DNA of 64,000 nt from an uncultured Roseburia sp. (GTDB taxonomy: Bacteria > Bacillota > Clostridia > Lachnospirales > Lachnospiraceae). The notes beneath the pieces are model-generated. The model had not been told where the DNA came from, did not search any database, and saw nothing but the letters and a program-made list of their open reading frames with translations. Below are positions 1-9,275 of this stretch, piece after piece (positions within the stretch are counted from its first letter, which is position 1; every line of letters begins with the position of its first letter). The DNA lies in NCBI GenBank assembly GCA_964388945.1, contig CAYMCM010000001.1, positions 11,715 to 75,714 of the forward strand. Reading direction: 5' to 3'. Both the position numbers and the translations under genes were made by a program.

Positions 1-541
1 TGCCGCGCCATTCAAGATGCTTCTGTGCCTGCGCAAAACTGATACTGGCTTCTCCTGTATTTTCCAGATTCGTGAGATATTCTCGCAGCAGACCGGTCAG
101 TTCATTTCCTGTTACCGCCCCTGTCTGTCCAATACACCAGGTATTCTGATATGCACTCTGGCTCAGATCCCCGATCAGCATAGAAAGATCTCCAAATTCC
201 ACGGAAAGCTGTTCCCCATCCGCCTCATTCCAAAGCTTTGCGGTTTTTTCTTTATGATAAAAATTTCGAGTGAGCGAAAACGGTCTGCCCTCCACTTCAA
301 AACGCAGTCTGCCGCAGTAATACGATGCCGCATTCCACGGCTCATAACGGCGGTAAGTATCATTTTCCGGATTCCTGCCCCGCTTTGGCTCCATACCAAA
401 GAGCATTGCCGTGACAAACTCCTGCAAGGTAGATTTTCCTGCCTCATTCTCTCCGCAGATCACATTGATACCCGGCGCAAACGTGACTGTCTGATTATGA
501 AGTTTTCCGAAATTTTCTATGTATGCTTCTTTTAATATCAT
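1..541 (-). CDS. YhaN/SbcC-like AAA ATPase, N-terminal part (runs off the left edge); not in the ORF track
   Basis: Manual translation from ATG 541: MILKEAYIENFGKLHNQTVTFAPGINVICGENEAGKSTL (Walker A, SMC/Rad50-type start). ATGA overlap with the upstream nuclease stop. Confidence 0.9.
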   Translation of the reverse strand, partial: MILKEAYIENFGKLHNQTVTFAPGINVICGENEAGKSTLQEFVTAMLFGMEPKRGRNPENDTYRRYEPWNAASYYCGRLRFEVEGRPFSLTRNFYHKEKTAKLWNEADGEQLSVEFGDLSMLIGDLSQSAYQNTWCIGQTGAVTGNELTGLLREYLTNLENTGEASISFAQAQKHLEWRG

Positions 542-1596
542 CTCTGCTCCATTGCCCGGTAGATCGCATCCACGCCATAATAAAGCGCTTCCTTTGTGAC
601 CGTATTCTGCGGCATTGCCTCTATCTGTAAAATATATTTTTCCAAGAGCGTGCCGTGGTATTCTCTCTTTAACTTTGCAAAATCATATGCCGGAAACAGC
701 CTGTTCTCCACCGCCGCCACATCCGGGAAATCAAGCAGCCTTTCTGTATCCGGCTCTGCTCCCGGTGCAAAACTCCCGGTAAGCACCACCCGGTATTTCT
801 GATATGGCTCTTTTGCCGCCAACGCCTGTTTCAGTCCTGTTTCCACGTCCTGCTGCGTCATATTTTCATCCACGCGTAATTCGTATGGCACATACTCACA
901 TTTGCGGATCGGATAAAATGACACCACGCAGCCGCGTTTGGTCACCTCACCCATCCAGTAGCCATGCGGCCCCATGTCATTGCAGTCAGTCGGTTCTAAG
1001 GAACCCGCCATAACCGCCCTGTTTTTTATGATCTGTCCACCTTTATGAATATGACCACAGGCAATGTAATCAAATCCGCTCTCCCGAAGCGCCGTTTCCG
1101 ACATCGGGATATGTTTTGCGTCTCCGCCATGTGCCAGCAGAAGATTGATCTTCGCCGGATCATCTGGTCTTGCCGTATTATAAAGATCCGATGTTATCTC
1201 TCTGTGCCAGTAACTCAAACCGTAAACACATGCCTGATACTCCGGAATTTCCACGACCCCTAACTGCTCTTCCTTAAAAAAAATCACATTTTCTGCAAAC
1301 GCAAATCCACGGTAATTCGATTTCGGATGTATGTAGTCATGATTTCCGGCGATCAGCGCCACCTTTGTATGCGTAAGTTCAGCAAAAAGCTGATTGACCT
1401 CTTTTAGCTCCCGCATAAGCGGCTGACGGTGAAACAGATCTCCCGCGATCAGCAAAAGATCTGCCTTCTCCCGCTCCGCCACTGCAAGAACCTCTCTAAA
1501 GGAATCCCATATATCCTGTTGTCTGCGCGTACTCCACGGCTTTCCCACATCCGGTATCAGCCCTAAATGTACATCTGCTATATGTATGAACTTCAT
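538..1596 (-). CDS. Mre11/SbcD-family metallophosphoesterase (YhaO-like DNA repair exonuclease)
   Basis: Motifs ADVHLG, AGDLFH, AGNHD, GHIH; coupled to the downstream ATPase. Confidence 0.9.
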   Translation of the reverse strand: MKFIHIADVHLGLIPDVGKPWSTRRQQDIWDSFREVLAVAEREKADLLLIAGDLFHRQPLMRELKEVNQLFAELTHTKVALIAGNHDYIHPKSNYRGFAFAENVIFFKEEQLGVVEIPEYQACVYGLSYWHREITSDLYNTARPDDPAKINLLLAHGGDAKHIPMSETALRESGFDYIACGHIHKGGQIIKNRAVMAGSLEPTDCNDMGPHGYWMGEVTKRGCVVSFYPIRKCEYVPYELRVDENMTQQDVETGLKQALAAKEPYQKYRVVLTGSFAPGAEPDTERLLDFPDVAAVENRLFPAYDFAKLKREYHGTLLEKYILQIEAMPQNTVTKEALYYGVDAIYRAMEQR

Positions 1597-1745
1597 GTGG
1601 TCCCAATTACCCTTTCATCCAGCCTGCGCTCTGCGCCGCTCCTGCATTTGTATCTTTTTATTTTACACTGAACGCATGGATTATACAAGGTGGCACGATT
1701 CTTAAAATTCCATGAACTGTTTCTAAAATAATCATATGCCGGACG

Positions 1746-1784
1746 AAAAAAACACCCAGATGCTTTCACATCTGAGTGTCTTTT
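1746..1784 (-). terminator. Rho-independent terminator ending the agrD-agrB-hypothetical unit
   Basis: Minus strand AAAAGACACTCAGATG-TGAAAG-CATCTGGGTG followed by a T run. Confidence 0.7.
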
Positions 1785-1845
1785 AACCATAATCGGTATA
1801 GTATCCTTATGCACTTTCTTCCTCCTTGCGCTTTCATGCACTGCC

Positions 1846-2490
1846 TCACGCAAACTCCATGTAATCCGTTCCGTAAGGCAAAACAGCTTCTCCACGCTTT
1901 TGGCAGGTCTGGTAGTAACGGTCATAATCTTGTTTTGCACATATTTTTCCTTCCCTGCTGTAAAAAAACGTATTGCTGCGCTCGCCAACCCTGACGGTAA
2001 AAAATCCGTGCCGAATACCATATTTCTGCAAAATGCCATCCACTTCACCGGGTGTTTTAAATTCCATGTCAAACACGGCTGTTCGCGGTGTCACACTTAA
2101 GGAGCGGATAAATCCCCAGCACTCATAGGCTTCTTTACATTTTTTGCCATGATTCCAAGCATATAGTGCTTCCGAATGCATCAGCCGGAAATCTCCGTTT
2201 TTTGCAATGTGCATTGCCCATTTTCTTCCATCCGCATCTGGAACTCCATAAAATTTTCCCTTTTCGATCGTGATCGTATTGTTCTCACTTTTAATCTCTC
2301 GTATCAGACTGTCATTTATCTTTTCCACATCATCCATACTGCATTTATGACCTTCGACATAAAACACATTCCAGTCCGCCACTTTCATATCCTCTAATGC
2401 TTCCCAGATTTTCTCCCTTGCCAATGCTGCTTTGGTAATCTTCTGTGATTTTAATCCACTGATGCCTTCCATATTACTACTTTTCTCCAC
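1846..2490 (-). CDS. Hypothetical protein downstream of agrB (alternative ATG at 2472)
   Basis: 214-aa ORF co-directional with agrDB and followed by a terminator; no recognised motif. Confidence 0.65.
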   Translation of the reverse strand: MEKSSNMEGISGLKSQKITKAALAREKIWEALEDMKVADWNVFYVEGHKCSMDDVEKINDSLIREIKSENNTITIEKGKFYGVPDADGRKWAMHIAKNGDFRLMHSEALYAWNHGKKCKEAYECWGFIRSLSVTPRTAVFDMEFKTPGEVDGILQKYGIRHGFFTVRVGERSNTFFYSREGKICAKQDYDRYYQTCQKRGEAVLPYGTDYMEFA

Positions 2491-2548
2491 TTCCCAAAAC
2501 GATAATTTCTTCTCCTATTATCATCAAATCCCCTGTCTTTTCAAGTAA

Positions 2549-3166
2549 TTATGTATGAAACGACATTTTTTCATCTGTTTTGGTCAGTTTTAAAAAAAGA
2601 CGGTATAATCTGAAACCTGCACACGGTATCTGTAATACCGCAGTCAGGACGATCCCAAGCGAAATACAGACGGCTGCATTTTCCTGTCCGCCTAAAGAAA
2701 GAATCCATGCAAGACATCCAAATGCCGCCGCAAGCAGAATCGTAATTCTATGATAACGTTTCTTCTCATCTGCATCCAGCCTCCGATTTTCAGAATCTAC
2801 CGGGCTTAGCAAAGAAAGACTAAGCACCGCCCCTCCCGTCACAAACATCAGTACCGGACCGCAGTTCATCCATTCGGAAAGTTCTATACAAAAAAGCAGC
2901 AGCAGGCACGAACATACAAAGCACACCCACGCATATTTTGCGTGTATCCCTCCGCTGAATTTCCGGATAACCAGAAACGGAAGTATCAAAACAATGCTCT
3001 GCCATGTTTTTCCAAGCAGTGTTCCTATTACGATTGTTAGGAATAACGGCGATATGGTAATCAGAAAGCTATATGCCGCATAGACATATAGCTCTCTGTC
3101 AGATTCTTTGACCGCCCCATATCGGATGAGCCAGCCGGTTATTCCCTCTGCGCACCGCGCGATCAT
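2549..3166 (-). CDS. agrB: AgrB-family autoinducing-peptide processing membrane protein
   Basis: Hydrophobic 205 aa with IRKFSGGIHAKYAWVC; His-x6-Cys spacing as in the AgrB catalytic pair; ATGA overlap with agrD. Confidence 0.9.
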   Translation of the reverse strand: MIARCAEGITGWLIRYGAVKESDRELYVYAAYSFLITISPLFLTIVIGTLLGKTWQSIVLILPFLVIRKFSGGIHAKYAWVCFVCSCLLLLFCIELSEWMNCGPVLMFVTGGAVLSLSLLSPVDSENRRLDADEKKRYHRITILLAAAFGCLAWILSLGGQENAAVCISLGIVLTAVLQIPCAGFRLYRLFLKLTKTDEKMSFHT

Positions 3167-3315
3167 TTACTCTTCCTGTAACGTGCCAGTTCCTTCGGTG
3201 CCTTCGGCTGATAAACAATTCCACAGGATGCCGAATTCGCATCTGCTTTCAGCATCGTATCCAATGCTGCTGCCACCCCTTTTGCTGCCTGTTTCCCAAC
3301 ATTTTTCTTTGTCAT
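3163..3315 (-). CDS. agrD: AgrD-type cyclic autoinducer peptide precursor (50 aa); not in the ORF track
   Basis: Manual translation MTKKNVGKQAAKGVAAALDTMLKADANSASCGIVYQPKAPKELARYRKSK; C-x4 followed by QPKAP; RBS AAGGAGA. Confidence 0.9.
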   Translation of the reverse strand: MTKKNVGKQAAKGVAAALDTMLKADANSASCGIVYQPKAPKELARYRKSK

Positions 3316-3386
3316 AATTTCTTCTCCTTTCCGGATAAACATCTTTCGGTTACGCCCTTATAATAATCGCTTTTCCAGCAAAAATC

Positions 3387-3408
3387 GACCGTTTTTGCGC
3401 AAACGGTC
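3387..3408. promoter_or_regulatory. Inverted repeat in the divergent agr intergenic region (candidate operator)
   Basis: GACCGTTT-TTGCGC-AAACGGTC, perfect 8-bp arms. Confidence 0.5.
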
Positions 3409-3508
3409 AGATATACTTTTATATTGGTTGAGAACTTGTTTCTGTGCACATTTTTTTACTCCCCGTACAGAAAAATACAACTATTTCAGAAGTTTTTAAG
3501 ATAAGGAT

Positions 3509-3868
3509 GTGATGCATTTGTACCTGCGCTATGTCGAAATGGGAAACCGCATAAGGGTGCGGCGTAAGGAACTGAATTTAAAGCAGGGGGAACTTGCCGG
3601 ACTGCTTTCTATCTCGAATAATCATATGTCCGCCATCGAAAGCGGCAAACAAAAAACCAGTATTGACACCTTTCTCAACCTGTGTGAAGCCTTAAGAGTG
3701 ACTCCAGATTATCTTCTGCTCGGCAGTATGCACGCGAACAACATTTCAAAAGACATTACCGATAAGCTTCGCCTTTGCAGTCCGTCCGACCTCGCTCTTG
3801 CCGAACGTTTTATCGAACTGCTCGTAGACCGCAACCGGACTCCGTGGAACGATGACCACTTTATCTAA
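3509..3868 (+). CDS. XRE/Cro-family HTH transcriptional regulator
   Basis: MGNRIRVRRKELNLKQGELAGLLSISNNHMSAIESG...LRVTPDYLL. Confidence 0.9.
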   Translation: MMHLYLRYVEMGNRIRVRRKELNLKQGELAGLLSISNNHMSAIESGKQKTSIDTFLNLCEALRVTPDYLLLGSMHANNISKDITDKLRLCSPSDLALAERFIELLVDRNRTPWNDDHFI

Positions 3869-3886
3869 TATAAGGAGAAAAAATTT

Positions 3887-4594
3887 ATGCGTATACTGAT
3901 CTGCGATGATGACCGCACGATTGCGGAACAGCTTTCTGGCTACATTCATGACTTTTTTGCCCGGAATCACTTAAAATGTCCTGCCATATCACTCTTTTTT
4001 GACGGTGAGTCCCTGCTCGCAGACTCTGGTGACAAAGATCTGGTTTTTCTTGATGTGGAAATGCCCGGCGTAGATGGCATTTATGTCGGACAGCAGCTGA
4101 AAAAGAAAAACCCGGACACTATCATCTTTGTGGTGACCTCCTATACCGAATATCTGGATGAGGCAATGCGTTTTCATGTGTTCCGTTACCTCTCCAAACC
4201 CGTAGACCGTCAGAGACTCTTCCGCAATCTGAAAGATGCGCTGAAACACTATAATTCCGTGACAGAAAAAGTCGCAGTCGAAACCAGACAGGGCGTATTT
4301 ACCATCCCTGTTTCCGATATTATCTGTCTGGAAACACAGGGACGCAAACTCATCCTTCATACACCCGAAAAGGACTTTGAGTCCGTTCATAATATGCAGT
4401 TCTGGACAGACACCCTTCCCAAAAGCTGTTTTTTTCAGTCACATCGCAGTTTTCTTGTAAATCTTGCGCATGTTTCAGAATTTGACCACTCACTGATCCG
4501 CCTTGCAAACCATCGTTTTGAAGCCTACCTGACACGCAGAAAATACACCGAATTTAAAGAAGCATATTTTTTATACTTGGAAAGTACGAGGTAA
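3887..4594 (+). CDS. LytTR-family response regulator (AgrA-like)
   Basis: Receiver domain (ICDDD, FLDVEMP) plus LytTR FFQSHRSFLVN. Confidence 0.92.
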   Translation: MRILICDDDRTIAEQLSGYIHDFFARNHLKCPAISLFFDGESLLADSGDKDLVFLDVEMPGVDGIYVGQQLKKKNPDTIIFVVTSYTEYLDEAMRFHVFRYLSKPVDRQRLFRNLKDALKHYNSVTEKVAVETRQGVFTIPVSDIICLETQGRKLILHTPEKDFESVHNMQFWTDTLPKSCFFQSHRSFLVNLAHVSEFDHSLIRLANHRFEAYLTRRKYTEFKEAYFLYLESTR

Positions 4595-4600
4595 CCGATT

Positions 4601-5914
4601 ATGGCATTTTCTATACTTTACATCTTTATTTATTTTATAGAGGCTTTTATTCTTCGCCAATATGCAAAAAAACTTTTTATTCCCAAATATAGACTAGAAA
4701 TAGAATTGTCTGTTATCTTTCTTCTCTATACCGGATTATATCTTTTTTCTTCTGCCCAGAATTATTGGTCTTGGAATATTGTTTCCTTTTTCATGGTCAA
4801 TTTTATCTTCTTTTTCCTATGCTACCATATAAAATGGTATTTTTCTGTATTTCACGCTGCTGCTTCCACCGTAATGATGGGAATGAGTGAATTGATTCCT
4901 TATAGCCTGCTTCCTTACTTTTTAAGAAATTATTTTTCTCCCCAATCTTCCTTTTTTGACTTGTTGTTTCTAACTATCATCAGTAAAATTTTTTATTTTG
5001 TTCTTATGTTTCTTTTGTCTCTTTATTTAAAAGATCAAAACAGAAATGATCTTCCCGAAGATAACAGTTCCATTTTACTGATCAGCATTCCTGTCGTCTC
5101 AGTATTTATTTTAATCACTTTACTGACCGTCTGTCAGGATGCAAGCTGCTATATACCCGTCGAATGGATGATCTCTATCAGCGCCATCCTTTTGCTGATC
5201 AGCAATCTCCTTATTTTTGTCATTGACAATTACAATCAGAAAAAAGATCTTGCTTTTACCGAACTTCAATTACAACTGCAAAAAGAACAGGATGCTACGG
5301 AATATTACAAACTGCTGCTCCAGCAGAATGAAAACCAGAACATCCTAATCCACGATATCAAAAAACACATTAACGTTATCTCTGTTTTAAATGATAAAAA
5401 TGAGCCGAAAAAAATCGCAGCATATATCAATCTGCTGATCCAGTCACCCGCACTGAAAGAAAACACGCATCTTTGTGACCGTGAGATCTTAGATGCCATC
5501 CTCTGCCGCTACCAGAGCAAATGCAGAAAAGAAAATGTCACATTCCATACGGACATCCGCAGCAATACGACTGAATTTATCTCTGATACGGATATGACCT
5601 CTCTTTTCTGCAACCTGCTTGAAAACGCACTCGAATCTGCCGTAAATATTCAGGATGCGTTTATCGATCTGAGTGTGAGCCATCGGGAAAACACCCCCTA
5701 CACGGTTCTTATTATGACCAATTCCTGCGACAGCAATCCCTTCTATCCGCACAGCGAACACCTGCCGACCAAAAAGCCCGATAAATCCAGACACGGCTAC
5801 GGCATGAAAAGTGTCTGTCGGATCGTAGAAAAATATCACGGTGAGATACAAAACTATTACGACAAGGGCACGCAAACATTTCATACGATCCTAACGCTGA
5901 GACAGGTGCCATAA
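4601..5914 (+). CDS. AgrC-like GHKL histidine kinase
   Basis: Multi-TM AT-rich N-terminal half; HDIKKH H-box, NLLENALE N-box, HGYGMKSV G-box. Confidence 0.92.
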   Translation: MAFSILYIFIYFIEAFILRQYAKKLFIPKYRLEIELSVIFLLYTGLYLFSSAQNYWSWNIVSFFMVNFIFFFLCYHIKWYFSVFHAAASTVMMGMSELIPYSLLPYFLRNYFSPQSSFFDLLFLTIISKIFYFVLMFLLSLYLKDQNRNDLPEDNSSILLISIPVVSVFILITLLTVCQDASCYIPVEWMISISAILLLISNLLIFVIDNYNQKKDLAFTELQLQLQKEQDATEYYKLLLQQNENQNILIHDIKKHINVISVLNDKNEPKKIAAYINLLIQSPALKENTHLCDREILDAILCRYQSKCRKENVTFHTDIRSNTTEFISDTDMTSLFCNLLENALESAVNIQDAFIDLSVSHRENTPYTVLIMTNSCDSNPFYPHSEHLPTKKPDKSRHGYGMKSVCRIVEKYHGEIQNYYDKGTQTFHTILTLRQVP

Positions 5915-5980
5915 TGCTCAATCCTTGTCTCATCCGTCATCTGCCGTCTTATATCCCACATCATATGATGTATGCATGAA

Positions 5981-8137
5981 TCAAATCTCAAACCAGCGGA
6001 TTTCATTTTCCTTTAAGGAAAGCGGGAAATGACTGCCATCTCCGGTATAAACTACGGTTTCCTGCGGCTCATAAGTGTTATTGACCACGCAGTATTTTCC
6101 GTTTGCCACATACGCATGCACTTCGACATTGTAATTAGACGAAAACCAGTGATGGAGATTTCCTTCATCCCCTGCACTCCAGAGGATTGCACGGTAAAGC
6201 AGTCTGCTGTTTTCAAAAGAAAACGGCAGTCCGCTGATGTAGACCGCACGCCCCGCGCCAAACTCATGTACGGCAAGCTCTACGTCATCCCCTCTCTTTG
6301 CTAAGATCTTCGCTCCTTCAAGCGCATAGATATTCTTTTTTCCTTCTCCAAAATCAATCTGCTCACCTGCGTCTTCCGTGATGAAATGCGCATGCACCTC
6401 TTTGTTGTATTTGTCATAACCGAGCGTAAATCCGCGTTCCTCTTCCACACCAAGCACATTTGCAAGCTGGAAGAAATGGCCGTTTGCCGAATGCGCAGTC
6501 GGCTCACCCACACCAATAAAACCGCCTCCGCGATGGACAAATTCCTTGACTGCGGAAGAAATGACCGGATCGCACCACCATTCCCCACCGGTCTGTGCGG
6601 TATCTGCATCACCGACATTTACGATCACATCAATGTCCTTTAAGATGTCAGGATCTTTTAAAATATCCTCAAAGTTTATAAATTTCACATCAAACGGTGC
6701 GCCGGACAATGCTTCCATGATGCCCGCATAGGAATAATTCTGTTTAAAATAGATCGCATGATGCACCATATGATTGCCCCATGCACGCATCTTACCCCAA
6801 CAGTTTAAGACTGCAACAGTCTTTACACAGTAGGGTGTTGTTCCCTTGATATTGCCATACAGCTCCCGGAACTCTTCACAGACAGATTCCACATAATCGG
6901 TAAACTCCGGAAAATCCAGCGTCAGCTTCAGGTAACCGCCATATCCGATGCGGTCGATCGGTTTCCGTAAGATCGCGCGTCTTGCAGTCACCCAGTTCAT
7001 CTTCGCCTCTTTTACCGGATCTGCGCCTTCATGAAACGTATCCGGGAAGAAATACGGAAGCAGTCTGCCCTCTGTATATTTCACACCTTCGATATCGCTG
7101 ATCAGGCGCAGTGTCGCACCGTTTCCGACACTTCCGACCACCGCATCCAGTCCGATCTCTTTAAACTCTTCCATGAACGGCTCTGTTCCGATCCAGTGGT
7201 CACCTAAAAACATCATAGCTTCTTTTCCGTATTCATGCGTAATGTCGACCATCTCTTTTACGATCTTTGCAACCTCTCTGCGCTGAAACGCCTGAAAATC
7301 ACGGTATTCTTTGGTCGGAATCCGGTACTGGTTATTATAATATCCCTGATCGATGATGTATTCCGGACGGAATTTATAGCCTGCTTCTTTTTCAAACTGC
7401 TCTAAGATATAAGGACTTACCGAAGCCGAATAACCGTACCAGTCCACATATTTTTCCCGCGCAAGTTCATCAAACACCAACGTAAACTGATGGAAAAATG
7501 TCGTAAATCGCAGCACATTCACATACGGATGTTCTTCAATAAATTTGCGCAGACGCTTCATGGTAAATTCATGTGTCTTTGGCTGGCGGACATCAAATGT
7601 CATCTGATGCTCCACATCTTTCCAGTCATTGACCACCGCATTATACATATGCACCGGGTCCCAGAGGATATACGCAAGAAAGCTTACCGTGTAGTCATGA
7701 AACGGCTCTGTTTCAACGGTCACATCCCCCGTTTTTTCCTCATAACTCCATGCGTCCAAAGAAACGACTTCCCCTGTCGTGCGGTCTATGACTTCCCACC
7801 AGCGTTTGATATCATCGCGGCTGTTTGGCGCAAGCATATCCGGGTACAGCCCATTCATCAGGTGAATCCGCAGTGTCGTACCTTCTGCCGTATAGATTGG
7901 CGTCATCAGATACATCTGCTGTATCTCATCGGGATTCGCCTTCGCCCATTCATTGTCCTTCCGCGTGGTGTAATACGTTGCATAGACTTTCAGTCCGGCA
8001 TCCTTTAATTCTTTCGGAAAATCCGTTCCGTCGCAGTCCCGCACCGCATCCGCACCCCACTTTTTTGCAAGCTCTAATGTCTCTTTTACCACGTCCATAT
8101 CTGTTGGTATTGTTACACGCTCCATTTTATTTCCCAT
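5981..8137 (-). CDS. gnpA: 1,3-beta-galactosyl-N-acetylhexosamine phosphorylase (GH112)
   Basis: RVTIPTD, WGADAVRDCDGT, FLGDHWIGTEP, IDRIGYGGY motifs; 718 aa. Confidence 0.93.
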   Translation of the reverse strand: MGNKMERVTIPTDMDVVKETLELAKKWGADAVRDCDGTDFPKELKDAGLKVYATYYTTRKDNEWAKANPDEIQQMYLMTPIYTAEGTTLRIHLMNGLYPDMLAPNSRDDIKRWWEVIDRTTGEVVSLDAWSYEEKTGDVTVETEPFHDYTVSFLAYILWDPVHMYNAVVNDWKDVEHQMTFDVRQPKTHEFTMKRLRKFIEEHPYVNVLRFTTFFHQFTLVFDELAREKYVDWYGYSASVSPYILEQFEKEAGYKFRPEYIIDQGYYNNQYRIPTKEYRDFQAFQRREVAKIVKEMVDITHEYGKEAMMFLGDHWIGTEPFMEEFKEIGLDAVVGSVGNGATLRLISDIEGVKYTEGRLLPYFFPDTFHEGADPVKEAKMNWVTARRAILRKPIDRIGYGGYLKLTLDFPEFTDYVESVCEEFRELYGNIKGTTPYCVKTVAVLNCWGKMRAWGNHMVHHAIYFKQNYSYAGIMEALSGAPFDVKFINFEDILKDPDILKDIDVIVNVGDADTAQTGGEWWCDPVISSAVKEFVHRGGGFIGVGEPTAHSANGHFFQLANVLGVEEERGFTLGYDKYNKEVHAHFITEDAGEQIDFGEGKKNIYALEGAKILAKRGDDVELAVHEFGAGRAVYISGLPFSFENSRLLYRAILWSAGDEGNLHHWFSSNYNVEVHAYVANGKYCVVNNTYEPQETVVYTGDGSHFPLSLKENEIRWFEI

Positions 8138-8139
8138 AG

Positions 8140-9249
8140 CTAATCCTCCTTACACATTGCATCCCACTTTTTTTCCATGTCCGCCGCCAGTGCAAACTGA
8201 CTGCGGCAGCGATCCAGATTCTGATGTTCTCTGTGAATCTTAAAATAAGTATCTCCGTTCAGATAATCTGTGAGGAAACGCATTCCACACTCCAGCGTCA
8301 TGAGCTTTGCCCCAGCCGGAAGCATTTCTATCTCCGTTTCAGTCAGGCTTCCTTTCGATCCCTCCAGATACCCTTTTTTGTAAATCCGGTACAACGAAAG
8401 ATCCAATGAAACTTTCTTTAGATCCACCTCATCCTCGGCTCCGGTATTTGCTCCGAACCGGATGGAATCTCCAAAATCATACAGGGAAAGTCCCGGCATC
8501 ACCGTATCCAGATCAATCACACAGATTCCGCGCCCTGTTTTTCGATCCATCATGATGTTATTTAACTTTGTGTCATTGTGCGTCACGCGAAGCGGCAGTC
8601 TGCCCGCATGCTGCAGCTCCAGAAGTCTTCCAAGCTCCGCTCTGCGCGCCCGGATAAACGCAATCTCCGGTTCTACCAGTTTTCTTCTGCCTGCCGCATC
8701 TGCCATGATCGCAGTTTCAAGATCTTCATAGCGTTTTACGGTATTGTGAAAATCAGGAATCGTCTCGTGCAGTGTCTTTGCCGGATAATCCGAAAGCAGA
8801 TACTGGAATCTGCCAAACGCCACCGCACTCTCGTAAAAATCCCGCGGTTCTTTCACCGCATCATAACTCACCGCGCCTTCAATAAAATCATACATCCGGT
8901 AATAGTCCCCGGCTTTCGTCACAAAATACTCTTCTCCCGACTCTGTTTTCACCAAAGAGAGTGTCTCACGCTTCGGATCACCACCCTTTGAAAGAATCTT
9001 CTGTTTCAGATGATGCGTGACACCCACGATATTTTCCATCAATTCCTGCGGCTTTGTAAAAATGGCTGTATTCATACGCTGTAAGATAAAGCGCTTTGCT
9101 CCATTCCCGCCCGCTTCCCCAGCCTGCATAGTTACAAGGTAGGTATCGTTGATATGTCCGCTGCCATATGGCGTAATTGTATGTATTGCTCCTTCTATTT
9201 TAAATTTTTGTGCAATTTGAATCAATTTTTCCTGCTGTTCCTTCTCCAT
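8140..9249 (-). CDS. N-acetylhexosamine 1-kinase-like phosphotransferase (NahK/LnpB-like)
   Basis: YGSGHINDTY, RVTHNDTKLNN, VIDLDTVMPG; GH112 context. Start placed at the RBS-supported ATG 9249. Confidence 0.8.
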   Translation of the reverse strand: MEKEQQEKLIQIAQKFKIEGAIHTITPYGSGHINDTYLVTMQAGEAGGNGAKRFILQRMNTAIFTKPQELMENIVGVTHHLKQKILSKGGDPKRETLSLVKTESGEEYFVTKAGDYYRMYDFIEGAVSYDAVKEPRDFYESAVAFGRFQYLLSDYPAKTLHETIPDFHNTVKRYEDLETAIMADAAGRRKLVEPEIAFIRARRAELGRLLELQHAGRLPLRVTHNDTKLNNIMMDRKTGRGICVIDLDTVMPGLSLYDFGDSIRFGANTGAEDEVDLKKVSLDLSLYRIYKKGYLEGSKGSLTETEIEMLPAGAKLMTLECGMRFLTDYLNGDTYFKIHREHQNLDRCRSQFALAADMEKKWDAMCKED

Positions 9250-9275
9250 GACAAAACCTCCCTGCTCCAATTTTC

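Noticed and set aside
17-535. 172-aa plus-strand ORF in the track
   Set aside because: Antisense shadow of the real minus-strand YhaN-like ATPase (Walker A, ATGA coupling).
1593-2072. 159-aa minus-strand ORF
   Set aside because: Overlaps the 1846-2490 gene out of frame and runs through a terminator; no recognisable protein features.
2549-2600. Possible LytTR direct repeats at the end of agrB matching the agrD promoter
   Set aside because: Only 5/8 identity, and the spacing (21 versus 19) differs between the two sites.
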